The notes below the pieces were generated by a model. That model was not told the origin of the DNA. It saw only the letters and a list, made by a program, of their open reading frames with translations, and did no database searches. The position numbers were made by a program, and so were the translations under genes. A stretch of 28,719 nucleotides of DNA from Chitinivibrionales bacterium (GTDB lineage Bacteria; Fibrobacterota; Chitinivibrionia; Chitinivibrionales; WJKA01), in assembly GCA_038247415.1 (NCBI GenBank), contig JBBRUX010000049.1:1-28719 (forward strand). The letters run 5' to 3'. This document shows positions 8,843-16,789 of this stretch, one piece after another. Numbering within the stretch: position 1 is the first letter of the stretch; the number at the start of each line of letters is the position of its first letter.

Positions 8843-9603
8843 TTCTTATTCTTTCGTAAAGATTTTGCAAGTGCGCGCATGATCTCGACTCCGCCTTCTT
8901 CGCGCAAGAGATTTCCCGTTACTATTATATCTGCACCCGCTGCAAGCTTCTCTTGTGCCGATTCGACGCTCCTAATACCACCCCCAACAATGATGGGAAT
9001 GTGTATGGTAGCGCGAACCGTTCTGATCATTTCGGACGGAACAGATTCTTTAGCACCAGACCCACCTTCGAGATACACCAATTTCATTCCCATATATTCT
9101 GCAGCCAGCGCATGTGCTGCAGCAATCATGGGTTTAGCCCGTGGAATGGGCTTGGTGTTACTCATAAATTCTACAGAACTTACATTGCCCGATTCAACAA
9201 GAATATATGCCGTGGCTATTGGCTCAAGTCCTGTTTGCCGAATAAGGGGCGCTGCTTTGACGTGCTCGCCAATCAAATTGACAGGGTTTCTGCCAGAAAC
9301 CAGTGATAGAAAAAGAAGTGCATCGGCATGCGCCGAGAGCTGCGTTGCATCGCCAGGGAAAAGAATAACCGGAACAGTAACTGCTTTTTTAACGGCAGCC
9401 ACAAACGAATCGAAGTGGTTGCTATACATGAGGCTTCCACCGATAAGAAATCCATTGACGCCACACGATTGAGCATGGGCGGCAAGGGATGCGCCTTCTT
9501 GTACCGAAAAGTCATCGGGGTCTAAAAGCACCCAGTAAAGCTTCTTTCCGGCTGCTAAATCTTTAAGGATTCCGGCGTGGATATTCTTTTTGGCTTTGCT
9601 CAT
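8839..9603 (-). CDS. Geranylgeranylglyceryl/heptaprenylglyceryl phosphate synthase family protein (GGGPS/PcrB, group II-like)
   Basis: LLDPD, IGGS, ILFPG, FLSLVSGRNP, YLEGGSGA, VGGGIRS and VTGN motifs in a 254-aa TIM-barrel-sized protein. ATGA overlaps with alaS and with the downstream gene. Confidence 0.92.
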   Translation of the reverse strand: MSKAKKNIHAGILKDLAAGKKLYWVLLDPDDFSVQEGASLAAHAQSCGVNGFLIGGSLMYSNHFDSFVAAVKKAVTVPVILFPGDATQLSAHADALLFLSLVSGRNPVNLIGEHVKAAPLIRQTGLEPIATAYILVESGNVSSVEFMSNTKPIPRAKPMIAAAHALAAEYMGMKLVYLEGGSGAKESVPSEMIRTVRATIHIPIIVGGGIRSVESAQEKLAAGADIIVTGNLLREEGGVEIMRALAKSLRKNKK

Positions 9604-12284
9604 GATGCAGCTTTCTGTGAGATGATTTCTCGTGCGGCCAAGAGCCCCTTGGAAAAGAGTTCCGGTTTCTTGGATCCTGCAGATGCCCGCGATGGACTTC
9701 CCCCGCCATTGCCGCCCGCTGCAATGGCCGCTGCTTTTACAAATGCGCTACATTGTGCTCCGGCACCAACTGCTGTGCTTCCTGCAGTTGCAAAAAAGTT
9801 AGCAGATTCGGAATCGTGATGTCCTGCAAGAATAACAACGGTGTCGTGTGGTGGCAACACAAGCGCTTCGGTAAGGGCTTCGCATATAACGGAGTATTGT
9901 TCTTTTGCATAAGAAGAACAATCGTACACGGTAAATTTAAAAACAGATCCTTGAGTATGGGCTTCTTTAAGAATAGCATCCACAATGGTTGCGGCACCCG
10001 CCTTACGCAATGCTTTGCACTCCGATTCAAGTGCTGCTTTTTGTTCGCTCAGATGAACGACTTTGTCAAGTATTGCTGTATCTGCGCATTTAAAAAAGCG
10101 GCTCAAATCGGCGATAAGAGTGCCCTCGGTTCTGCAGAGCGCAAGTGCATTAAGCCCTGTTACAGCGCTCACACGGCGAACGCCAGCAGCAATTGAGGCA
10201 TCTTGCGTAATGCGAATAAGCCCAATATCACCGGTTGAAGCAACGTGCGTTCCTCCGCATAGTTCACGGCTTAAGGTTCCCATCGAAACGACGCGAACAA
10301 TATCGCCGTATTTTTCTCCAAACAGAGCCATTGCCCCTTCACTTTTAGCAAGAGCTGGTTCCATTAGTTTTGTTGCCACGGGGCTATTTCCCAATACCCA
10401 GCCATTGACTAAATCTTCTACACGAAGTCTCTGTGCTTCGGTGAGGGCTTTGTGATGGGTAAAGTCGAATCGAAGCTCGAATGCGTCAACGCGTGAACCT
10501 GCTTGGGTAACATGCTCGCCCAGTACCGACCGTAGGGCAGCTTGCAGAAGATGCGTGGCAGAATGGTTACGACGAATCGCAGCGCGGGCAGTGGTATCGA
10601 TGGTGGCTACGAGTGGCTTAACAAAAAGGGCAGTGTCCAAAGGCATTGCGCTTTCGCACCGGTGTACGATAACATCGTTCCATGTGATGGTGTCGATAAC
10701 GGTTAATCGGGTACCATCGGCACAATCGAGAAATCCGCGATCACCAACTTGACCACCCGATTCGGCATAAAATGGAGTCGTGTCAAGAACAATAAGGTAT
10801 TCTGGTTGGCTTGCGCTGCCTATGCTTTTATAGCGCATAATTGATACCGATGCAGTGTCTTTTTCGTAGCCGATAAAAGATGTTGTGCCTCCCGATGCAC
10901 GGCTTTCGATCCATCCATCGGCACTAAGCCCGGCATCTCCGCCTTTTTTTGTTGCTTCTCGTGCACGCTCCCGTTGCGAGACCATAAGCGCGTGGTACCC
11001 ATCTTCGTCAATGGATAGCCTCTGTTCTTCGGCGAGTAGGCGAGTGAGATCTACAGGAAAACCGTACGTGTCGTATAAGACAAAAACATCAGCCCCAAGA
11101 ATAGCCGTACGGCTGGCTTTTTTGGCGATAAGCACAAGTGCCGAAAATTTTTCCAAACCAGATTCGAGCGTCTGGCTAAAACGCTCCTCTTCAGCTTTGA
11201 TAACATCGGCTACATATGTTTTGCGTTCGTTAAGCTCAGGGAATGCCCCGCCAAGTGTATCAACGACTGTGGGAACAAGTTTGTATAAAAATGGTCCTGT
11301 AAAGCCAATTTCTCTCCCAAATCGATACGCTCTGCGCAGCAGTCTGCGAACGACATATCCCCGCCCGTCGTTCGCGGGTATTGCCCCATCGGTTATAGCG
11401 CATGTTAACGAGCGGATATGGTCGGCAATAACCCGAAAGGGTGTTCCTGCTTCGCCCCGGGAATACACTTTTTTGCACAGTGTTTCGGTTGCGGCAATTA
11501 TTGGCATAAAGGCATCGGTATCGTAATTAGACTGTTTACCTTGAAGAACTCGTGTGATACGTTCGAAGCCCATGCCGGTGTCGACATGTTTTGCGGGCAG
11601 TTCTTTAAGCGACCTGTCTTTTTCGCGATTGTATTGAATAAAGACAAGATTCCAGATTTCCATAAAGCGGGAACAACCCGATGCATTAGGCCCGCAGATG
11701 TGTCCTTCAACATGTTGACTAGTGCATGTGCCTTCACCACAATCGATATGAATTTCTGAGCAGGGGCCGCACGGGCCGGTTTCACCCATTTCCCAGAAGT
11801 TGTCTTTGTCGCCATGTCGCGAAATGTTGCTCTGCAGGATGTCTGTTTCGCTTTTCCAGAGCGCTTCGGCTTCGTCGTCTTTTTTGTAAACGGTAGCATA
11901 GAGGGTTTCTTTAGGCAATTTCCACACGCCGGTAAGAAGCTCCCATGCCCAGCCAATAGCTTCTTTTTTGTAATAGTCGCCAAACGACCAGTTCCCGAGC
12001 ATTTCAAAAAAAGTATGATGGTAATGATCGCGACCGACCTCTTCGAGATCGTTATGCTTCCCGCTTACCCGCATACATTTCTGGGAGTTTGCTGCACGCG
12101 TAAGCCCTTGCCGATTTTCTCCAAGGAAAATAGATTTGAACTGGTTCATTCCCGCATTGGTAAAGAGTAACGTGGGGTCGTCTTGTGGAACTACCGGTGC
12201 GCTGGGGATAAACGTGTGCTTTTTACTTTTAAAGAATTCTATAAATTGCGTCCGGACATCGGATGCGGTAATGGAAAGCGGCAT
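9600..12284 (-). CDS. alaS: Alanine--tRNA ligase
   Basis: DPTLLFTNAGMNQFK, HHTFFEMLGNWSFGDYYK, GPCGPCSEI, DTGMGFER, TPFYAESGGQVGD; editing motifs NHSATHLL and ELCGGTH. Confidence 0.98.
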   Translation of the reverse strand: MPLSITASDVRTQFIEFFKSKKHTFIPSAPVVPQDDPTLLFTNAGMNQFKSIFLGENRQGLTRAANSQKCMRVSGKHNDLEEVGRDHYHHTFFEMLGNWSFGDYYKKEAIGWAWELLTGVWKLPKETLYATVYKKDDEAEALWKSETDILQSNISRHGDKDNFWEMGETGPCGPCSEIHIDCGEGTCTSQHVEGHICGPNASGCSRFMEIWNLVFIQYNREKDRSLKELPAKHVDTGMGFERITRVLQGKQSNYDTDAFMPIIAATETLCKKVYSRGEAGTPFRVIADHIRSLTCAITDGAIPANDGRGYVVRRLLRRAYRFGREIGFTGPFLYKLVPTVVDTLGGAFPELNERKTYVADVIKAEEERFSQTLESGLEKFSALVLIAKKASRTAILGADVFVLYDTYGFPVDLTRLLAEEQRLSIDEDGYHALMVSQRERAREATKKGGDAGLSADGWIESRASGGTTSFIGYEKDTASVSIMRYKSIGSASQPEYLIVLDTTPFYAESGGQVGDRGFLDCADGTRLTVIDTITWNDVIVHRCESAMPLDTALFVKPLVATIDTTARAAIRRNHSATHLLQAALRSVLGEHVTQAGSRVDAFELRFDFTHHKALTEAQRLRVEDLVNGWVLGNSPVATKLMEPALAKSEGAMALFGEKYGDIVRVVSMGTLSRELCGGTHVASTGDIGLIRITQDASIAAGVRRVSAVTGLNALALCRTEGTLIADLSRFFKCADTAILDKVVHLSEQKAALESECKALRKAGAATIVDAILKEAHTQGSVFKFTVYDCSSYAKEQYSVICEALTEALVLPPHDTVVILAGHHDSESANFFATAGSTAVGAGAQCSAFVKAAAIAAGGNGGGSPSRASAGSKKPELFSKGLLAAREIISQKAAS

Positions 12285-12331
12285 GATACTTCGGTACTTT
12301 CTTAAGCTTAAGGTCTTATGTGCAGCATGTC

Positions 12332-12378
12332 AAAAAAATAGTACCCCCGATAAACAGCAAGAGGTCACGGGGGTACTA
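12332..12378 (-). terminator. Intrinsic terminator downstream of recA
   Basis: Perfect 11-bp inverted repeat TAGTACCCCCG (12339-12349) / CGGGGGTACTA (12368-12378) with an 18-nt loop, followed on the minus strand by a T7 run; starts 3 nt after the recA stop. Confidence 0.75.
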
Positions 12379-12381
12379 CAA

Positions 12382-13458
12382 TTATTCTTCTTCGGATGTT
12401 TCGGTTGCAGGCGCTGCTAGAGCGTGTGATCCTGCTTGCGCAATACGTTCGCGAATAAGATTTGCAATGGTTTCGCAAAGATCCTTGTTTTCGGTAAGGA
12501 AATCTTTAACTTTTTCGCGGCCCTGACCAAGACGTTCGCCCTTGAAGGAGAACCATGCACCGCTCTTTTCAACAATACCGTATTCGGCTGCAAGGTCGAT
12601 AACATCGCCCACATAGGAAATTCCCTTGCCGTAAATAATATCGAATTCAGCTTCACGAAAAGGAGGGGCAACCTTATTCTTGACAACTTTGGCTTTGGTT
12701 CTGTTACCAATAACGGTATCACCATCTTTAATAGCAGCAAGCCGTCTGATATCGATACGAACCGATGCATAAAATTTAAGGGCATTGCCACCCGTGGTTG
12801 TTTCTGGGTTTCCAAACATGACACCAATTTTCATACGGAGCTGATTGATAAAAATGAGACAGGTGTTTGACTTAGAAAGAATTCCCGTGAGTTTACGCAA
12901 CGCCTGAGACATAAGGCGTGCTTGCAATCCCATGTGCGAATCGCCCATTTCGCCTTCGATTTCTGCTGCAGGCACAAGCGCGGCAACACTATCAACCACA
13001 ATGATATCGATTGCGCCACTGCGAATAAGCGTGTCGGCAATTTCGAGGGCTTGTTCCCCGGTATCGGGTTGTGAAACGAGTAAATTATCGATGTCGACAC
13101 CAAGACTTTTCGCATATTGTGCATCAAAAGCGTATTCGGCATCTATTAATACGGCAATACCACCACTTTTTTGGGCATTCGCAATCGCATGAAGTGCGAG
13201 GGTAGTTTTTCCGGAACTTTCTGGTCCGTAGATTTCGATAATACGACCTTTTGGGAGTCCACCAACACCCAGAGCAGTGTCCAGCGCCAGGGATCCTGTG
13301 GAAATAACAGGAACTGCTCCAAGGCTCGCTTCGTTACCAAGGCGCATAATGGTACCCTTACCATGCTGCTTTTCTATTTGGCTGAGAGCTTGTTCTACAG
13401 CAGAATTGCGTTTGCTGGATGAATCATCGAGAACTTCTTTTGGTTCCTTCTTGGCCAT
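12382..13458 (-). CDS. recA: Recombinase RecA
   Basis: [77 protein letters not shown]. Confidence 0.99.
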   Translation of the reverse strand: MAKKEPKEVLDDSSSKRNSAVEQALSQIEKQHGKGTIMRLGNEASLGAVPVISTGSLALDTALGVGGLPKGRIIEIYGPESSGKTTLALHAIANAQKSGGIAVLIDAEYAFDAQYAKSLGVDIDNLLVSQPDTGEQALEIADTLIRSGAIDIIVVDSVAALVPAAEIEGEMGDSHMGLQARLMSQALRKLTGILSKSNTCLIFINQLRMKIGVMFGNPETTTGGNALKFYASVRIDIRRLAAIKDGDTVIGNRTKAKVVKNKVAPPFREAEFDIIYGKGISYVGDVIDLAAEYGIVEKSGAWFSFKGERLGQGREKVKDFLTENKDLCETIANLIRERIAQAGSHALAAPATETSEEE

Positions 13459-13549
13459 TGCAAAAACTCCTCATTGGAATAATGTATCAAACTATAAAAA
13501 AAAATCGATCTTGGTTTAGCCGTAATAATAAACAAAATATTATTTGCAG

Positions 13550-13596
13550 AGCACATAAATGGGGAAAATGGGAGAAAGTATTTTAGCACATAAATG
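13550..13596. repeat. Perfect 12-bp direct repeat in the divergent recA/mscL intergenic region
   Basis: AGCACATAAATG at 13550-13561 and 13585-13596, with starts 35 bp apart. Confidence 0.7.
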
Positions 13597-13652
13597 AATG
13601 TGTCGAATCTACAACAAATGACTACTCTAAAAAAAGCCTACGGGGGAATTCT

Positions 13653-14111
13653 ATGTCGAAAAGTGGTTCGAAATTAAAAATTAATCCGGCGGGTTCTGCA
13701 AAGACGGCTATGACAATTTTTGGTGAATTTAAAAATTTTGCGTTTAAAGGCAATGTAATAGATTTGGCAGTTGGAGTCATTATTGGTTCTGCGTTTGGCA
13801 AAATAATCGATTCTCTGGTGAAACATTTAATCATGCCGGGAATCAGTCTAATCTTGCCTGCAAAACAGGGATATCTGGGTTGGAAGCTTGCATTTCATGC
13901 CAAAGAAATTCCCTATGGCCTTTTTATTGGCGAAGTGGTGAATTTCTTTATTGTTGCATTTGTGCTTTATGTCTTTATTGTAAAGTTCTTAGGTTTGCTG
14001 CTTAAAAATAAGAAAGAAGAAGCTATCGCCGTAGAAGTGGTTCTTCCTCAGCAGGAGATATTATTAACAGAGATACGAGATCTTCTCAAGCAGTCGGTAT
14101 CGGCTCGATAA
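13653..14111 (+). CDS. mscL: Large-conductance mechanosensitive channel
   Basis: EFKNFAFKGNVIDLAVGVIIGSAFGKIIDSLV, YGLFIGEVVNFFIVAF, LLTEIRDLL. A GGGGG SD supports the start at 13653; an alternative ATG lies at 13710. Confidence 0.96.
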   Translation: MSKSGSKLKINPAGSAKTAMTIFGEFKNFAFKGNVIDLAVGVIIGSAFGKIIDSLVKHLIMPGISLILPAKQGYLGWKLAFHAKEIPYGLFIGEVVNFFIVAFVLYVFIVKFLGLLLKNKKEEAIAVEVVLPQQEILLTEIRDLLKQSVSAR

Positions 14112-14153
14112 GTAATAGGCATTTTTTACAAAGTATAAAGCAAGGGGTTTTAT

Positions 14154-14327
14154 ATGATTCGAGTATCTAAGAGCATTGCTGCAGATTTGGTAATGGCGTA
14201 TGCAGCATGTGGCCAAGCGGATTCTTCCACCGCCTGCAAATTGACAACTGAATCAAATCTGATGTTTACGCTTAATAATTATAGCGTGAGCTGGGTTGGT
14301 CTTACTTATTCATTTGAGAGCAAATAG
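14154..14327 (+). pseudogene. 57-aa small ORF, probable internally deleted remnant of a DUF3078-like outer-membrane beta-barrel gene
   Basis: Not in the ORF track. AAGGGG SD then ATG; translates MIRVSKSIAADLVMAYAACGQADSSTACKLTTESNLMFTLNNYSVSWVGLTYSFESK; its stop overlaps the next GTG (TAGTG). Family assignment is from recalled resemblance only. Confidence 0.45.
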
Positions 14328-15133
14328 TGCTGCTGTTTTTACGATGTGCGTTTCTTGGAGGCGCCGTCGTCTTTTTGATAGCCGCATGTTCCGATCGTGC
14401 GCGCCCTCATCCGGGGGGTGCGCAGCAAGCTTCTGTTCAAGCTGTGCTTGCACCTATCCTAAAACCCACCCTGGTACGAATCCTGGATCACGATTCATCG
14501 GCATTTGTTCAGGGCCTTATATATGTCCGCAATAATCTCTACGAATCGACCGGGCTCGTGGGGCACTCCTCCTTGCGACGGCTCAATGCAACTACCGGAG
14601 TTGCCGAAAAAATTGTTCCAATTGGAGAAGTTTTTTCCGAAGGCCTTGCGCTTATTGATTCGGAGCTCGTTATGTTGACATGGAAGGATCAGAGCGCCTT
14701 GGTGTATGACCTTAGATCGCTGTCATATAAGCGGAGTATGCAGTACCAAGGAGAAGGATGGGGATTGACGACCAACGGGAATGAATTTATTATGAGTGAT
14801 GGGAGCGATCTGCTCACCATACGAAATAGCCGGTTCGAAAGAGTGCGCACGATAGCGGTTACCTATAATGGCAAACCCCTCAACAATCTTAATGAGCTCG
14901 AATATGCGCGGGGTAAAGTTTATGCTAACGTATGGTATTCTACTAGTATTGTTGAAATAGATCCTAAAAGTGGTAGTGTTGAAAAAGTGTTCGATTGTTC
15001 AAATCTTATTGCTTTATCGGGAGCAGTTGACGAAGGCTCAGTCCTTAATGGCATAGCCTACGATGCTTTGGCGAACCTCTTTTATTGTACCGGAAAAAAT
15101 TGGCGACATATCTTTGTAGTAACATTTCCCTGA
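14327..15133 (+). CDS. Glutaminyl-peptide cyclotransferase (beta-propeller, plant/bacterial type), probable lipoprotein
   Basis: FVQGL, LYESTG, FSEGL, LTW, EGWGLT, MSDGS, NLNELE, VYANVW, VLNGIAYD, TGKNW; lipobox-like LIAAC. Confidence 0.92.
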   Translation: MLLFLRCAFLGGAVVFLIAACSDRARPHPGGAQQASVQAVLAPILKPTLVRILDHDSSAFVQGLIYVRNNLYESTGLVGHSSLRRLNATTGVAEKIVPIGEVFSEGLALIDSELVMLTWKDQSALVYDLRSLSYKRSMQYQGEGWGLTTNGNEFIMSDGSDLLTIRNSRFERVRTIAVTYNGKPLNNLNELEYARGKVYANVWYSTSIVEIDPKSGSVEKVFDCSNLIALSGAVDEGSVLNGIAYDALANLFYCTGKNWRHIFVVTFP

Positions 15134-15145
15134 CAAAGGAAGCAC

Positions 15146-16789
15146 ATGCAGGAAGTATACGACTCGTTTGTAAACCAGGGTCTTGCGCTCATCGATACAG
15201 GAGATCTTCCGGGCGCACTCGAAAGTCTTAAACGGGCTCTTGCACTGCGCCCTCATAATGGGCCCCTCGAATTTGTCATGGCCAATGCCTATCGCGCATT
15301 AGGCGATGAAGTTTTAGCAGAACAGTTTTTTAAAAGCGCATTAGCACTGGATCCATTGTCGTTTCCCTATAATCAGATTTATGCCATGTTTTTGCACGAA
15401 GTCAATCGTCGTGAAGAAGCGTGTTCCTACCTTGAGGCGGCACGTGCCCTTAATCCCAATGATCCTCAGTTGCATAATGATCTGGGAGTTCTCTATCACG
15501 AATTAAAAAATCCAGAGAAAGCTACGTTTTACTTCGAAAAAGCGAATGCTCTCAAACCCGACTATCTTGTTCCCCTGGTTAATCTTGGTCATATCTATAG
15601 TGCACAGGGCGATTCGACATTATTACATGCTTTAATCAATCGGTTTACCGATGAACAAAAAAAGGATCTCGAGGTGGCAGAGCTTATTGCCCTAGCTACA
15701 ACAACCAAAGCTGCACATAATTCCGATACAGTCGGTTCAACAAATCTCTCTTTTTCTAATCAGTCTTACTCGATTGCTCCGCTTGCTATTGTTAAGGAGT
15801 TCGGTGAAAAACTCTGTGCTTCAACGTCGCGGCTTTCGATTGTTGTGCCCATTTATAACGAGGTCGAAAACATCCCGATTCTGTATCAGGAATTAACCGG
15901 AGTCCTCAAAAATCTACGCGAAGAATACGAGATCATTTTTGTTAACGATGGTTCCAAAGATGGTAGCCGTGAGGTTCTTAATAGTCTCGCGTGTGATGAT
16001 CGTCGTATTGCGGTTATTCATTTCAGGAGAAATTACGGACAAACTGCGGCTCTTGGCGCGGGTTTTAAGTATTCACATGGCGATGTTGTCATTACGCTTG
16101 ATGCTGATTTACAAAACGATCCAGCAGATATTCCAAGGCTTTTGGAGAAAATGGCAGAAGGATACGATCTTGTCAATGGTTGGCGCAAAAAGCGTCAAGA
16201 CAAGGCCCTCACGCGCAGATTGCCATCAATGATCGCAAATCGTATTATCAACAAATTGATAGAGGGCACAGGTGTTCAGCTCAATGATTTCGGGTGCACT
16301 CTTAAGGCATATAAAAAAGGGATTGTCAAAAATATCCATTTGTATGGCGAAATGCATCGTTTTATACCCGTTTTTGCTGCGTGGCTAGGAGTTAAAGTAG
16401 CCGAGATTCCTGTAAACCATCGTCCACGAGTCCATGGTGTTGCCAAGTATAATCTTTCGCGGGTGTCGCGGGTCATTTTTGATTTGGTCGTGGTTCGATT
16501 TTTTTCCGACTACATGACACGACCCATTCAATTTTTTGGCAAAATTGCCAAGAATATTACAACCTATGGTCTTTTGGGGATTATCCTTTTGTCGGCTCTG
16601 GGCCTAACCCATACACTTCCCATTTCGCTTAATACCATTCTTATCCTTATTGCAATTCTGCTTCTTGGCGGTATGCAAATCCTGTTTTTAGGGCTTTTGG
16701 GTGAGGTGATGATTCGGTTTTACTTTGAGGTGCAAAAGAAAGATTACTTTGTGGTAGAATCGGTGATTAATCGCACGGAGCAATCTTAA
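15146..16789 (+). CDS. TPR-repeat / GT2 polyprenol-phosphate glycosyltransferase (ArnC/DPM-like) fusion
   Basis: About 170 N-terminal residues of TPR-like repeats (ALALRPHN, ALALDP, ARALNPND, ANALKPDY); then SIVVPIYNE, VNDGSKD, RNYGQTAAL, LDADLQNDP, DFGCTLKAY, LYGEMHRFIP and two C-terminal TM helices. AAGGA SD. Confidence 0.9.
   Translation: MQEVYDSFVNQGLALIDTGDLPGALESLKRALALRPHNGPLEFVMANAYRALGDEVLAEQFFKSALALDPLSFPYNQIYAMFLHEVNRREEACSYLEAARALNPNDPQLHNDLGVLYHELKNPEKATFYFEKANALKPDYLVPLVNLGHIYSAQGDSTLLHALINRFTDEQKKDLEVAELIALATTTKAAHNSDTVGSTNLSFSNQSYSIAPLAIVKEFGEKLCASTSRLSIVVPIYNEVENIPILYQELTGVLKNLREEYEIIFVNDGSKDGSREVLNSLACDDRRIAVIHFRRNYGQTAALGAGFKYSHGDVVITLDADLQNDPADIPRLLEKMAEGYDLVNGWRKKRQDKALTRRLPSMIANRIINKLIEGTGVQLNDFGCTLKAYKKGIVKNIHLYGEMHRFIPVFAAWLGVKVAEIPVNHRPRVHGVAKYNLSRVSRVIFDLVVVRFFSDYMTRPIQFFGKIAKNITTYGLLGIILLSALGLTHTLPISLNTILILIAILLLGGMQILFLGLLGEVMIRFYFEVQKKDYFVVESVINRTEQS

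Noticed and set aside
12301..12312. Perfect palindrome CTTAAGCTTAAG upstream of alaS; also looked for a T-box leader
   Set aside because: A single tandem hexamer is plausible by chance. The gap is too short for a T-box and lacks its motif.
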